Source of the DNA: a virus
DNA: 64,000 nucleotides
IMG/VR virus record: IMGVR_UViG_3300037504_001427
Location: 23,640 to 87,639 of that record
Strand: one strand, 5' to 3'
Position numbers and translations under genes: made by a program
The notes under the pieces: generated by a model
Seen by the model: only the letters and a program-made list of their open reading frames with translations
Databases searched by the model: none
Told to the model about the DNA's origin: nothing
Shown here: positions 1 to 12,295 of the stretch, piece by piece
Numbering within the stretch: position 1 is the stretch's first letter
Layout of the letters: every line of letters starts with the position of its first letter

Positions 1-45
1 GCAGGGTGAAATAGGCATCCACCCAATAGCGCATGGACTGGGCCT

Positions 46-501
46 TCATATGGAAAGCTCCTCGACGCGCTCGGCATCAACCTCGATGGGTTTCTCCTGT
101 CCCGAGGAAGGAGGGCCGTCGTCGTCCTCGCCTCCATCATCGCCCTCGTCATCTCCGAACTCATCGAAGAACCCGATACACTGCACCACCACCATGTGGC
201 CGGGAGTGAACACGGTGTCGACGACGGTCGATTCATCATCCTCGGAGAGTCCGGAAACGATGGTGTCCAGCGACTCTTCCAGACGGGCATCCTGGGGATC
301 CAACTGGACGACGTGCGGGCACAGCACCGGGAAGGCGGCCACTTGAGGGGCATCGTCCACCAGCGTGAGGGCCAATACGACCTTGTTGCCGACCTCATGG
401 GCCCCGACACTGATGATATCGGCGGTATCGGCGAATCTCGCCACCCGCTTATTGAAGTCGGAGAGGCTTTCTCGCTTCGGATTGAATACCATGATGTTCA
501 T
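46..501 (-). CDS. hypothetical protein with acidic C-terminus
   Basis: 151-aa ORF; ATGA overlap with the upstream gene; AAGGA SD-like sequence. Confidence 0.7.
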   Translation of the reverse strand: MNIMVFNPKRESLSDFNKRVARFADTADIISVGAHEVGNKVVLALTLVDDAPQVAAFPVLCPHVVQLDPQDARLEESLDTIVSGLSEDDESTVVDTVFTPGHMVVVQCIGFFDEFGDDEGDDGGEDDDGPPSSGQEKPIEVDAERVEELSI

Positions 502-1193
502 TGGCGCTGTTCCTTTCGGGCATCGAGTAGTGCCCGCTCATAGGCTGGGCCGAGTTTGCGGAACATCTGCTCCTCGGGAGAGAGGTTCTCTCCGTCGGCG
601 GCAACGGCAAGCCCTTCAAGCTGCGGCTCTTCGGACTCCTCCGCAATGATGATATCAGGACCATATTTCTCTTGTCGTGCCAATTGGCGCGATATGCGGA
701 CGAAGGACGTCTGCTCTGCCCACGAGAGATCCCGCAACTCATCGCCGTGCTCAGTATCCGGCGACGCAAGGAGTATGGCGCCGCAGGTGGTCTCAACACC
801 ATCCCTGCTGACGGTGTTCCGACACAGGATCGCCTCATTCGTGGCGCCATCGGGGAACACGGCAGGACGCACGGCTCGGTAGTCGGCCCGCGTCGCGGCC
901 TCTTGATTACAGCGAGGACACTTCAGGCCGCACTCGGCAATATCGTGCCGGCTGACAAAGTAGGCATCGTGCTCGCAAGGCACAGCGCCCAAAGGATCGC
1001 ACGGAAGATAGATCGGCCCTCCGGCTGCGGCAGGTAGATCCGCTGATTCAGCGCGCTGGCTTCGATGAGACTGAGGGGACAGGCCTCGGACTTCGGCCTC
1101 ACTCTTCGCCTGCAGACCAAGCCTGCGCCTGCCATAGACGACCAGCGCGATAAACTGCAGGATCACAACGATGAGAAGGATCAGTTCGGTCAT
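498..1193 (-). CDS. membrane-anchored putative Zn-binding protein
   Basis: Start ATG at 1193 overlaps the stop of 1190..1549; N-terminal TM (LILLIVVILQFIALVVY); CPRC and further Cys; contains a 70-bp copy of the glycosyltransferase gene. Confidence 0.65.
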   Translation of the reverse strand: MTELILLIVVILQFIALVVYGRRRLGLQAKSEAEVRGLSPQSHRSQRAESADLPAAAGGPIYLPCDPLGAVPCEHDAYFVSRHDIAECGLKCPRCNQEAATRADYRAVRPAVFPDGATNEAILCRNTVSRDGVETTCGAILLASPDTEHGDELRDLSWAEQTSFVRISRQLARQEKYGPDIIIAEESEEPQLEGLAVAADGENLSPEEQMFRKLGPAYERALLDARKEQRQ

Positions 1194-1549
1194 CCGAGCA
1201 CGGCCTTCCAGAACTCGGACTCGTTTGGGCCCCAGGAGCCCAGGCGGGTCCACCCTGTTCCGTCGGCGAGGGCAACGTGCGCGACAACGCCCTCCCGCGT
1301 CACGAGCACCACGCGGAACCCGCACCGCGCGGCGAGTTGCTGACAGACGTGATTCTGCAGTGGTGCGAGGGAGTAATTCTCGGTTTTCACCTCGATCCAT
1401 GCGTGCTTGCCGCGGTTGCCGCAAAGCACATCCGGCAACCCGGCCGTTTGGCCGAAACTGCCAGAAATGGGAGTCCAGAACCCGTGCGGGGCGAACCGAT
1501 CAAACCAGCGGCGGAGGGCAGCCTTGAAAGCGGTCTCAGGAGTCGGCAT
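1190..1549 (-). CDS. VRR-NUC / PD-(D/E)XK nuclease (resolvase-like)
   Basis: E..F, GLPD, WIEVK and L..LQ motifs in 119 aa. Confidence 0.8.
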   Translation of the reverse strand: MPTPETAFKAALRRWFDRFAPHGFWTPISGSFGQTAGLPDVLCGNRGKHAWIEVKTENYSLAPLQNHVCQQLAARCGFRVVLVTREGVVAHVALADGTGWTRLGSWGPNESEFWKAVLG

Positions 1550-1590
1550 GCCGCTATTCTACAGCCATCGGGGTCCGTTACGAACGCATA

Positions 1591-1899
1591 TTATTGGTTA
1601 CTCAAGGTCTCGTCAGCATTGGACTTACGCCCAAACCGCGGTGCAAGCGGCAGATTGACTTCCATGGTGCCTCCCAGCGAATGGAGGACACGCAAGAGAG
1701 AATCCACGGTGACAGAGGTCGGATCCTTGAGCACCCGCCGGGTCGTGGTCAACGAGACTCCGGCCATGACGGAAATCTGCGCGACCGGGATGTGCATCCC
1801 AGCCGCTCTGAGCTGCTGCCGGAACTCGCGGAACGTCTCGCGCACCTCGCTAAGCAGTTGGCGATTCTTCTTCTTAGGAATAGGAAACCGACGGGCCAT
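1591..1899 (-). CDS. XRE-type HTH transcriptional regulator
   Basis: QISVMAGVSLTTTRRVL...VTVDSLLRVLHSLG; AGGAG SD. Confidence 0.7.
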   Translation of the reverse strand: MARRFPIPKKKNRQLLSEVRETFREFRQQLRAAGMHIPVAQISVMAGVSLTTTRRVLKDPTSVTVDSLLRVLHSLGGTMEVNLPLAPRFGRKSNADETLSNQ

Positions 1900-1981
1900 G
1901 GCCGCTCCTACTTGCGTATCATAAAAGAGCGTCCGTGAATTACAAGATCACGCACCGCTCGGGTCATCGGCAAGGCGATGA

Positions 1982-2433
1982 TCATGCAGTGCTCCGAGGG
2001 TCCACCACCATGATCTTGTTGATCCGTTCCGCCAGATCGGGGTGAATGATGGCCACCACGATCTCCTGGTCCTCGATGGCAACCTTGGTCGAAACCATAG
2101 GGGTCTGGGCCGTCTGCCTAGCCGTCTCATAGGCGTCCAGGAGCGGCCCCAGGTCAGTCATCATACCGTGTGTCCTCGGAGCGGCATCATCACGCGCGCA
2201 CTTCCGCAGAGACGCTAGGTCGAAACGGGATACGGAGACGCCTTCCACGAATCCGCACCCGGCGACCCAGACGGTGCAGCACTGGTCACTCGCCGGCTGG
2301 TCCATAATGCGGACCTCGCGTCCGATCAGCGGGGCCCAGAAGGAATTGGCTCGATTCTGCTCGGTATCGGCCACGGGCGCACGCAAGATTTCTTTCCCGT
2401 GTGCGAAGCCGCAGCCGTAGTCGTTGCCACCGC

Positions 2434-2449
<16 letters not shown>
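1982..2449 (-). CDS. hypothetical protein beginning with an MRYPVG array head
   Basis: MRYPVGGGNDYGCGF followed by non-repetitive sequence; coupled to the array. Confidence 0.5.
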
Positions 2450-5200
<2,751 letters not shown>

Positions 5201-5201
5201 G

Positions 5202-5468
5202 TCATTCTTCCAGTGCCTGAAGCTCTCTCATCTCATGGATCAGCTTGGCTCGGGCTTCCGTGGCCTCTCTTACCGAGTGGAAATTGATCTTCTGCCAACC
5301 GTTGAGATCTGGCACGCCGCAATGTGTACACGGCACGCCCAGCATACGGAGACGAAAGAACGCGCTGCCATAATCGCCGTCTCGGTATCCAGGCTTGGTG
5401 TTGACCACGCTGACCATGGAGACGTGATCCAGATTAACGGCCACATTGCCTACTTCGACAACGTACAT
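5202..5468 (-). CDS. hypothetical protein (cargo within array)
   Basis: ATG at 5468 (MYVVEVGN) with GAAAGGAAG upstream, just downstream of the tRNA. Confidence 0.6.
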   Translation of the reverse strand: MYVVEVGNVAVNLDHVSMVSVVNTKPGYRDGDYGSAFFRLRMLGVPCTHCGVPDLNGWQKINFHSVREATEARAKLIHEMRELQALEE

Positions 5469-5485
5469 GCACGACTTCCTTTCTA

Positions 5486-5558
5486 TGGCGGGGGAGGGAC
5501 TCGAACCCTCGACCTTCGGATTATGAATCCGACGCGCTACCGCCTGCGCCACCCCGCA
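5486..5558 (-). tRNA. tRNA-Met(CAU), initiator (fMet)-like
   Basis: TGCGGGGTGGCGCAGGCGGTAGCGCGTCGGATTCATAATCCGAAGGTCGAGGGTTCGAGTCCCTCCCCCGCCA folds as a cloverleaf; CAT anticodon; unpaired 1:72; no encoded CCA. Confidence 0.9.
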
Positions 5559-5590
5559 TTGTGTGTGTGTGTGTGTGAATCTGATAATGC

Positions 5591-6620
5591 TCATCGCCTG
5601 CCTGCCACTGTGCCGAGCCCGTAGCCGTAGCCGTCGCCGTAGCCGAAGCCGCAGCCGTAGCCGTTGCCGTAGCCGTTGCCGTAGCCGTAGCCGGTGCCGT
5701 CGCCGTCGCCGTAGCCGTCGCCGCCACCGAAGCCGTAGCCATTGCCGCGGCTGTCGCCGTTGCCGTAGCCGTTGCCGTAGCCGTTGCCGTAGCCGAAGCC
5801 GAAGCCGCCGTCGCCTACTGGATATCTCATCGCCTGCCCGCCACTGTGCCGATCCCGTAGCCGTAGCCGTAGCCGTAGCCGAAGCCGCAGCCGTAGCCGT
5901 TGCCGTAGCCGTTGCCGTAGCCGTAGCCGGTGCCGTTGCCGTTGCCGTTGCCGTAGCCGTTGCCGAAACCGTAGCCGTTGCCGTAGCCGTTGCCGTAGCC
6001 GAAGCCGTAGCCGTTGCCGTAACCGAAGCCGAAGCCGCCGTCGCCTACTGGATATCTCATCGCCTGTCCGCCACTGTGCCGTAGCCGTAGCCGAAACCGA
6101 AACCGAAGCCGTTGCCGGTGCCGGTGCCGTAGCCGTCGCCGAAACCGTAGCCGTCGCCGAAACCGTAGCAGTTGCCGTAGCCGTTGCCGTAGCCGTAGCC
6201 GCAGCCGTAGCCGAAGCCGTCGCCAAAGCTGTAGCCGTAGCCGTAGCCGTCGCCGTTGCCGTTGCCGTAGCCGTTGCCGTCGCCGTTGCCGGTGCCGTAG
6301 CCGTTGTCGCGGTCGTCGCCGAAGCCGTGGCCGAAGCCGTAGCCGCCGTCGCCTACTGGATATCTCATCGCCTGCCCGCTACTGTGCCGAGCCCGTAGCC
6401 GTAGCCGTCGCCGTAGCCGAAGCCGCAGCCGTAGCCGTTGCCGTAGCCGTTGCCGAAGCCGTCGCCAAAGCTGTAGCCGTAGCCGTAGCCGTAGCCGTCG
6501 CCGTTGCCGTAGCCGTCGCCGTCGCCAAAGCTGTAGCCGTAGCCGTTGTCGCGGTCGTCGCCGAAGCCGTGGCCGTAGCCGTAGCCGTAGCCGCCGTCGC
6601 CTACTGGATATCTCATCGCC
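5591..6620 (-). repeat. MxYPVG Gly-rich mini-ORF array, block B
   Basis: Coupled units 5591-5830, 5827-6060, 6057-6368, 6365-6616. Confidence 0.95.
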
Positions 6621-7171
6621 TGACGACGAACCCGGCGGTCCTCGGCGACGACACCGGCGGACAAAACGTCTCGGAGGCACGTCCACTGCGGCCAGGTTGC
6701 TCGTCCCAAGTAACTGCTCAAGTAATCAGGCTGGCCGAGATAGCCATCCTCACCGCCGTCGTCAGGGAGGTCTCGGATCTTGTCCTCGATGGACAGGGTG
6801 CCGGTTGCGACGGGCTCGGCAAAGCCGTCCAAACAGGGCGCCAGGTCCGCCAAGATAGTAGCCGGAATCGGATTGTTCTCGAGATCCAGATCATCGGGAT
6901 GCAAGGCAGGACCATCGTCAACAGCGACGTCTTTCTGCAAGATACCATCCAAGGCTCGGGCAAAGAGCGCTGGATGTTGAATGGAGCCATCAGCGTTCAG
7001 GTAAACGTCCGATAGAGCGGTCTGTCGTTTGTCCAGGTCATGAGCGGCAACTCGGAACTTGAGTATCCAGCGCGCTAGGCATATCCGCGTACTGGCAGAA
7101 AAAACATAGGGCTCACGCATCTGGCCCAGAGCTGCGAGCGTCCGTCGTACAGTATGTCCACTTAGTTTCAT
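6365..7171 (-). CDS. hypothetical phage protein fused in frame to an MRYPVG Gly-rich unit
   Basis: MKLSGHTVRR... reads through VRRQA-MRYPVG without a stop. Confidence 0.55.
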   Translation of the reverse strand: MKLSGHTVRRTLAALGQMREPYVFSASTRICLARWILKFRVAAHDLDKRQTALSDVYLNADGSIQHPALFARALDGILQKDVAVDDGPALHPDDLDLENNPIPATILADLAPCLDGFAEPVATGTLSIEDKIRDLPDDGGEDGYLGQPDYLSSYLGRATWPQWTCLRDVLSAGVVAEDRRVRRQAMRYPVGDGGYGYGYGHGFGDDRDNGYGYSFGDGDGYGNGDGYGYGYGYSFGDGFGNGYGNGYGCGFGYGDGYGYGLGTVAGRR

Positions 7172-7202
7172 AAGGCCCAAGCTATTGGATCCGGCAATCG
7201 TG

Positions 7203-7271
7203 TCAAGCGTCGCGGTAGCCGAGGCCGTAGCCGTCGCTGAAGCCGTAGACGTCACCTACTGGATATCTCAT
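7203..7271 (-). CDS. short MRYPVG unit (22 aa)
   Basis: MRYPVGDVYGFSDGYGLGYRDA with an intact junction. Confidence 0.5.
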   Translation of the reverse strand: MRYPVGDVYGFSDGYGLGYRDA

Positions 7272-8343
7272 CGCGGCCCTCCACTGTGTGGTAACCGACG
7301 CCGTCTGGGACATAAGGTATTCCAGCAATGTCGAGAGCATCTTTGTAGCCCCAATCAAATATAGCGGCATGCCACATTTTCGGGTTGTCATGATAAAGAG
7401 ACTGAAGCGGTGTGGGGCCGGGGCGCACATGGGAGCCGAACATGCAACAGACACAGCCAGACGCCCCTCCTTTGGGCAGGATTGGGTAGATATTGTGTTG
7501 TTTTAGGTATCCGGCGATTTCGTCTTTAGTCCAAAAGCTCAGTGGATGGCAAAGCCACTCACGGTGCGCAGTGGAGTAATAGAGTGCTCCGCGTTGGAGC
7601 CACATCATTTCGCGCGAACGCGATTCCTGTACGCGAACGCCTGTGAAATGGCCCAATATTCCTAGCTTCTTGTTTAAGCGGTGCATTGGCTTTTTCTTCA
7701 GTTCATCACAACAACGGCTTCCCGCTAAACCAATCCCGGCTTGGCGAAGCAGTTCAGCCGCCGCATGTAACTCCTGCGGAACGCGGAGTAAATGTGCGCG
7801 ATTCCCAGTGGCCACATATTTGTCCACTTTTTGCCCTATGACCTTGGACCATAACGGAACGCCGACTTTTTGCCAAACCTCACGCGGACGAAGAGCCGGG
7901 TATGCGACGTGCAACGAAACGCCCCTCTCCCTCAGCCATTGCTTCCAATGTTTTATCTGCGCCTTGGTCTCTGGATATTCCAGGCGGGTATCGCTCGTGA
8001 TGTGCGGGATCGCGAGCTTCAGTCGCTCGACCATAAGATGTGACAGCACGGTGCTGTCTTTCCCGCCGCTATAACTCAGCGCCCAGCAGTGCGGCAAGCG
8101 ATTAAACGCCGAGTCAATTATTTTCTCGGAGAGCGCTAGCTTCTTTTCAAACGAGAGTTTCAAGCCCGCGTTGCGCATCTCCCCACGAACGGACAGCACA
8201 TCACGCTGGTCCTGCGTCTTGTGCTTGCTTTGCCAGCCGCTCGGAAGATCCATCTCAATCCACGCGCAATCGGCTGGATCACCGGCTTCATAGGCGGCTA
8301 TCTGGTCAAGCGTTAGTCCGCGCCCGTCACCTGGATATCTCAT
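7252..8343 (-). CDS. PAPS reductase / PP-loop family protein
   Basis: SYSGGKDSTVL, CCDELKKKP, GVRVQESRSR, HPLSFW and GCVCCMFG motifs; starts MRYPGDG and ends in the array junction. Confidence 0.85.
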   Translation of the reverse strand: MRYPGDGRGLTLDQIAAYEAGDPADCAWIEMDLPSGWQSKHKTQDQRDVLSVRGEMRNAGLKLSFEKKLALSEKIIDSAFNRLPHCWALSYSGGKDSTVLSHLMVERLKLAIPHITSDTRLEYPETKAQIKHWKQWLRERGVSLHVAYPALRPREVWQKVGVPLWSKVIGQKVDKYVATGNRAHLLRVPQELHAAAELLRQAGIGLAGSRCCDELKKKPMHRLNKKLGILGHFTGVRVQESRSREMMWLQRGALYYSTAHREWLCHPLSFWTKDEIAGYLKQHNIYPILPKGGASGCVCCMFGSHVRPGPTPLQSLYHDNPKMWHAAIFDWGYKDALDIAGIPYVPDGVGYHTVEGRDEISSR

Positions 8344-10340
8344 CGCGGCCACTCATCTATCCACGAAAAGCGATCACCACGCAAGAGGCGTCCGATAACC
8401 TCATAAAACACATGGGTGTTATGGAATCCACGGCGGCGATTGCGATTATTGCCGCGGAAGATAACCACCTGTATTCCGCATTGTTTGCAAATGTCGCACC
8501 CACAGGAATCCCAGGGGCGCTCCTCCAGCACTCGGCGAATGCGGTCTTCCGTTCCGGGGCGTTTACCAGCAAGGAGCGTATCGTATTCGACCAGATGTCG
8601 AACCAGTGTTGGGGGCGGCGATGTTTTATTGAATGTACCATAGGCGGCCAGTCCGGTCAAACAATCATGCTCGAGCTTGACGAGGGCATTTTGGGTTATT
8701 GCCCCATCTTCGAGTAGGCGTTTTATCCGGAAACTACTGGGGCACATCTTGCTAGGATTCTTGGGATCTTCCTTGACAGCTTGGGGAACACGGATCGCCG
8801 GGTACCAACCATTTTCCGTGAGATAATTGAGGTTATTGCCTAACCATGCTTTGCGCAGCGCGGATGTACTGTCGATACTGGTAACGCCCAGATCGGCAAA
8901 GGCGCGAATAGCAGCGAGGCGTGCCAATCCGAAGAGGTGGATGCGCAGCGACGTTGGCACCACTGCACGAACGGCCTTGACGATTTCGATCACTTCCCTC
9001 GTCGTTCTGCGCACCAAGCCGCCAAGGCCAATGTAGTCGTATCCCATTTCAACATATTGCACCGCAGCTTTGGCGTAGGACTGCGGGTCCCATCCCTGAA
9101 CAGCGCCGATAGGCGTCCAACTCAACCCGCGCTTGCGGTGCAGAGCAAGAAAGTCGCGCGCGTTTCTTATTGTCAGATCGTAGCGATATTTGTTTTGATC
9201 CTCAAAGGCAGGCACCACGAGGTGGTCCACCGAGACCCCCATGTCGAACCCGAGGCGCGTATAGTAATCAGCCACGTCCTCTGTGGTGTAGGGTGGATCC
9301 TTCTCGGTGATATAATCGAATGCGCCGCAATCGCCCATGACCGTGTAGTCGCGGGGGACGCGCAGGTAGCGATGGATGCCCAGGGCGTTAACGGCCTTGG
9401 CCTTTTTTTTGCCCTTTTCGGCCACTACGCGCGAAACCAGAATTCCATCGTAGCGGGGCCCTGCACCGTACATCTGGTGCGCGTAGACTTGGTTGCCCCA
9501 ATGACCACGCCCCCCGGAATGAGTGTCGTGTTCGAAATCGTAATTCAGGTCGACCTGATCATCCCATTCTGGAATGAAGTAGCGGAGGCTGCGCGATGCG
9601 GACTCTTTGTGCCAGGCCTCGGAGATCGCTATCACGCGATCTAGCTCCCGCCGACCGTCTTCAAGTGATGGCAGAAGATCATCAATCCGCTGCCAGTATG
9701 CTGGTCCCTTTTCGGCATCCATGGTCATCAACATCCGCCTCACCAGTTCACCCTTCAAGCCCACCAGGGCGCAAGAGAACCGTTTCGCCTCAGGATTGGA
9801 GAGGGTGACATAGCGCATGCCAGCGATTTCGGGAAGGCGTTTGCGGATGGCGGCGCCGCAGAAAGCGATCACCGGACCAGCGCAGATGACCGATGCATCC
9901 AGGGCGCAGGCCTCCAGGTACGGGTCGCCCAGCAGCAGCAGGGTCAGATCCGCCTTGTGGGCTAGGAGTTTGCGTATGGCCTGCGGTACCTGCAGAAAAT
10001 CGGCCCACTCGCGCAGGGCGGGTTTTCCCATGCCCTGGAAAGTGACCTCGTAAGGCGCGATGATCTGATCGCCGGGGATCAGTCCGTAGCCTGCGGAGAG
10101 GATATGCAGATCGACCCAATAATCGCCTTTGGCCCGCAGGGCCTGCACGCCACGCATCAGACGCCGGTGTTGCTGTCCGGTGTACATCTCCTCGGCCGGC
10201 AACAGATAATCCTTCAGTCCTGCTTCCAACTTTTCGAATTTCTTGGTACCCAGCAGTCGGAAATCGTCCTGGATGAGCTGCGCGTCCGGCTTGTGGGCCT
10301 TTTGGCCGGTGCAGGAGGTAATGATGAGAATGCGTTTCAT
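8340..10340 (-). CDS. dpdA: DpdA-type deazaguanine DNA transglycosylase with an N-terminal DUF6884/YaaA-like domain
   Basis: TGT-like motifs GDCGAFDY, VSVDH, GAVQGW, IGLGG, IHLFG, SIDSTS; CxCxxC...RRGFHN Zn site; N-terminal ITSCTGQK...MYTG...ILSAGYGLI; adjacent to folE2 and queC. Confidence 0.85.
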   Translation of the reverse strand: MKRILIITSCTGQKAHKPDAQLIQDDFRLLGTKKFEKLEAGLKDYLLPAEEMYTGQQHRRLMRGVQALRAKGDYWVDLHILSAGYGLIPGDQIIAPYEVTFQGMGKPALREWADFLQVPQAIRKLLAHKADLTLLLLGDPYLEACALDASVICAGPVIAFCGAAIRKRLPEIAGMRYVTLSNPEAKRFSCALVGLKGELVRRMLMTMDAEKGPAYWQRIDDLLPSLEDGRRELDRVIAISEAWHKESASRSLRYFIPEWDDQVDLNYDFEHDTHSGGRGHWGNQVYAHQMYGAGPRYDGILVSRVVAEKGKKKAKAVNALGIHRYLRVPRDYTVMGDCGAFDYITEKDPPYTTEDVADYYTRLGFDMGVSVDHLVVPAFEDQNKYRYDLTIRNARDFLALHRKRGLSWTPIGAVQGWDPQSYAKAAVQYVEMGYDYIGLGGLVRRTTREVIEIVKAVRAVVPTSLRIHLFGLARLAAIRAFADLGVTSIDSTSALRKAWLGNNLNYLTENGWYPAIRVPQAVKEDPKNPSKMCPSSFRIKRLLEDGAITQNALVKLEHDCLTGLAAYGTFNKTSPPPTLVRHLVEYDTLLAGKRPGTEDRIRRVLEERPWDSCGCDICKQCGIQVVIFRGNNRNRRRGFHNTHVFYEVIGRLLRGDRFSWIDEWPR

Positions 10341-11119
10341 CCGGAGCGCTCCCATTCGATAATGGCGAAAGCGTCGTGGTTGTGGATCGATTCGTGGTTG
10401 TCGGCTTCGACTCGAAACCAGGTCGTGCGCGGGTCGTCCATCAAGTGGGCGGCAATGTCCCGTACCACATCCTCGACGAACCGCGGGTTGTCGTAGGCCT
10501 GCATCGTGACGTGACGTTCGTCTGCGCGCTTGAGGATCGGATAGACCGGAGCCGAGGCACAGGCGCCGACCAGCCCTACGACCTCTTCGATCCAGATGAT
10601 CTGGGGGCTGCGAATCTCAACCACGACGTCACCGCGTTGGTTGTGCGCGCCGTAATCACTGATGGCCTTGGAGCAGGGGCACAAGTTGGTCACCGGAATG
10701 CGAACGCCGAGGACGAAGTCGAAGGCCGACCTGTCTACGGTCGCATCGAACCAGCAGTCGTAATCCATCAGGCCGGTCATGCCGGTGGCGGGGGCGGCGC
10801 GTTCGATGAAGTACGGGAAATCGACACGAACCTGGGCCCGCTCAGCGCCAAGCCGTTGTTGGAGGTCCGCCAGCAGCGCGGGAATGGTACGCATGGTCAG
10901 CTCGCCCCGATGCTCCTCGAGCGCCTGCAGGAACCGACTCATGTGAGTGCCTTTAAACCGATGCGGCAGAGCCACCGAGAGCGAGACCTGGGCCACGGTG
11001 TGCTGAGGATCACCGCCCTGGGTCATCACTGTGATGGGGTAGCGCAGGTCCCGCACGCCAACCCGGTCGATGGCGATGCCACGCTGATCTTCACTGGCTT
11101 GAGTATCGGCAAGATTCAC
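10337..11119 (-). CDS. folE2: GTP cyclohydrolase IB (FolE2)
   Basis: IDRVGV, KGTHMSRF, LCPCSKAIS, HNQRG, NPRFVED and ESIHNHDAFA motifs. Confidence 0.95.
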   Translation of the reverse strand: MNLADTQASEDQRGIAIDRVGVRDLRYPITVMTQGGDPQHTVAQVSLSVALPHRFKGTHMSRFLQALEEHRGELTMRTIPALLADLQQRLGAERAQVRVDFPYFIERAAPATGMTGLMDYDCWFDATVDRSAFDFVLGVRIPVTNLCPCSKAISDYGAHNQRGDVVVEIRSPQIIWIEEVVGLVGACASAPVYPILKRADERHVTMQAYDNPRFVEDVVRDIAAHLMDDPRTTWFRVEADNHESIHNHDAFAIIEWERSG

Positions 11120-11796
11120 GAGGTGCCTCCTAGGCGAACCAAGAGTGGGTCAGGAATACCGGCCTCGGCAAAGCCCTTCGCCCGCAGTTGGCAGGCTGGG
11201 CACTGCCCGCAGGGCGGCACCTGGCCGTTATAGCAGGTGTGGCTGTGGGCCAGCAGATCCAGCGCGCCAACCTCTTGAGCCAGTCGCACCGAGTCGGCCT
11301 TGCTCAAGTGCATGAGCGGGGTGTGGATGGTGATGCCATGCTCCATCCCTGCACGGATGGTGCCTTGGAGCGACTGCATGGTGGTTTCCCGGCAATCCGG
11401 ATAACCCGAGTAGTCGGTCTGACAGACGCCGGTAACCAGCTCGGTCACCTTAAGTTGGTAGGCCCAGGCAGCAGCAAGGGTCAAGAATACCAGGTTGCGG
11501 CCGGGGACGAAGGTGTTGGGCAGACCACGTTCAGATTCGTCACCCACCGATTGACCCTCAACAGGATCGGAGTCGGCCAGCATGGCTGTTCCGCCGAGGG
11601 CAGCTAAGCTGCTGACGGGGACGATGCGGTGTTGAGTGACGCCTGCCTTTTCGGCAATGATCTTGGCAGACTCTAGTTCGGCCCGATGACGCTGACCATA
11701 GTCGAAGGTGATAGCGTGCAGATTCTGGTAGCGGGAGCGCGCCCAGCCCAGACAAGTGGTCGAGTCCTGTCCGCCAGATAATACCACCACGATCAT
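11116..11796 (-). CDS. queC: 7-cyano-7-deazaguanine synthase QueC
   Basis: SGGQDS, FDYGQRH, VPGRN, YPDCR and TCY...CGQCPAC motifs. Confidence 0.95.
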   Translation of the reverse strand: MIVVVLSGGQDSTTCLGWARSRYQNLHAITFDYGQRHRAELESAKIIAEKAGVTQHRIVPVSSLAALGGTAMLADSDPVEGQSVGDESERGLPNTFVPGRNLVFLTLAAAWAYQLKVTELVTGVCQTDYSGYPDCRETTMQSLQGTIRAGMEHGITIHTPLMHLSKADSVRLAQEVGALDLLAHSHTCYNGQVPPCGQCPACQLRAKGFAEAGIPDPLLVRLGGTS

Positions 11797-12295
11797 CTAT
11801 CTTCCCTCCACCGTGCTAATGCCGCCGCCGTGGCCGAAGCCAAAGCCGTGGCCGAAGCCGTAGCCGAAGCCGTGGCCGTCACCTACTGGATATCTCATCG
11901 CATCATCTCCAGGCCTCCACTGTGCCGTAGCCGTTGCCGTGGCCGTAGCCGTTGCCGTAGCCGTTGCCATAGCCGTCGCCGTAGCCGTAGCCGTAGCCGT
12001 TGCCGTAGCCGTCGCCGTAGCCGTAGCCGTCGCCGAAGCCGTCGCCGAAGCCGTAACCGTAACCGTAGCCGTAGCCGTAGCCGTCGCCGAAGCCGTAGCC
12101 GTCGCCGAAGCCACCGCCGAAGCCGAAGCCGTAGCCGAAGCCGTGGCCGAAGCCGAAGCCGTCACCTACTGGATAGTTCATCGCCCACCTCCCACTGTGC
12201 CGAAGCCGTCACCTTCATCGCCCACCTCCCACTGTGCCGTAGCCATCGCCGTGGCCGTGGCCGTAGCCGTTGCCATGTCCTGCTGGATATCTCAC
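11797..12295 (-). repeat. MxYPVG array, block C
   Basis: Units 11797-11898 and 11903-12181, a deleted unit at ~12178-12218, and 12215-12295 (GTG start). Confidence 0.9.

Noticed and set aside
1024-1093. Diversity-generating retroelement TR/VR pair (also considered for the fibre paralogues)
   Set aside because: No reverse transcriptase in the window; the 70-bp copies are identical and the fibre differences are not adenine-specific
5469-5594. N-terminal extension of ORF 5202..5594
   Set aside because: It overlaps a well-formed tRNA and a (CA)n run; ATG 5468 has its own SD. Read-through from the array cannot be excluded
8340-10340. Housekeeping tRNA-guanine transglycosylase (tgt)
   Set aside because: The motif pattern (GDCGAF, RRGFHN) and viral context fit DNA-acting DpdA better
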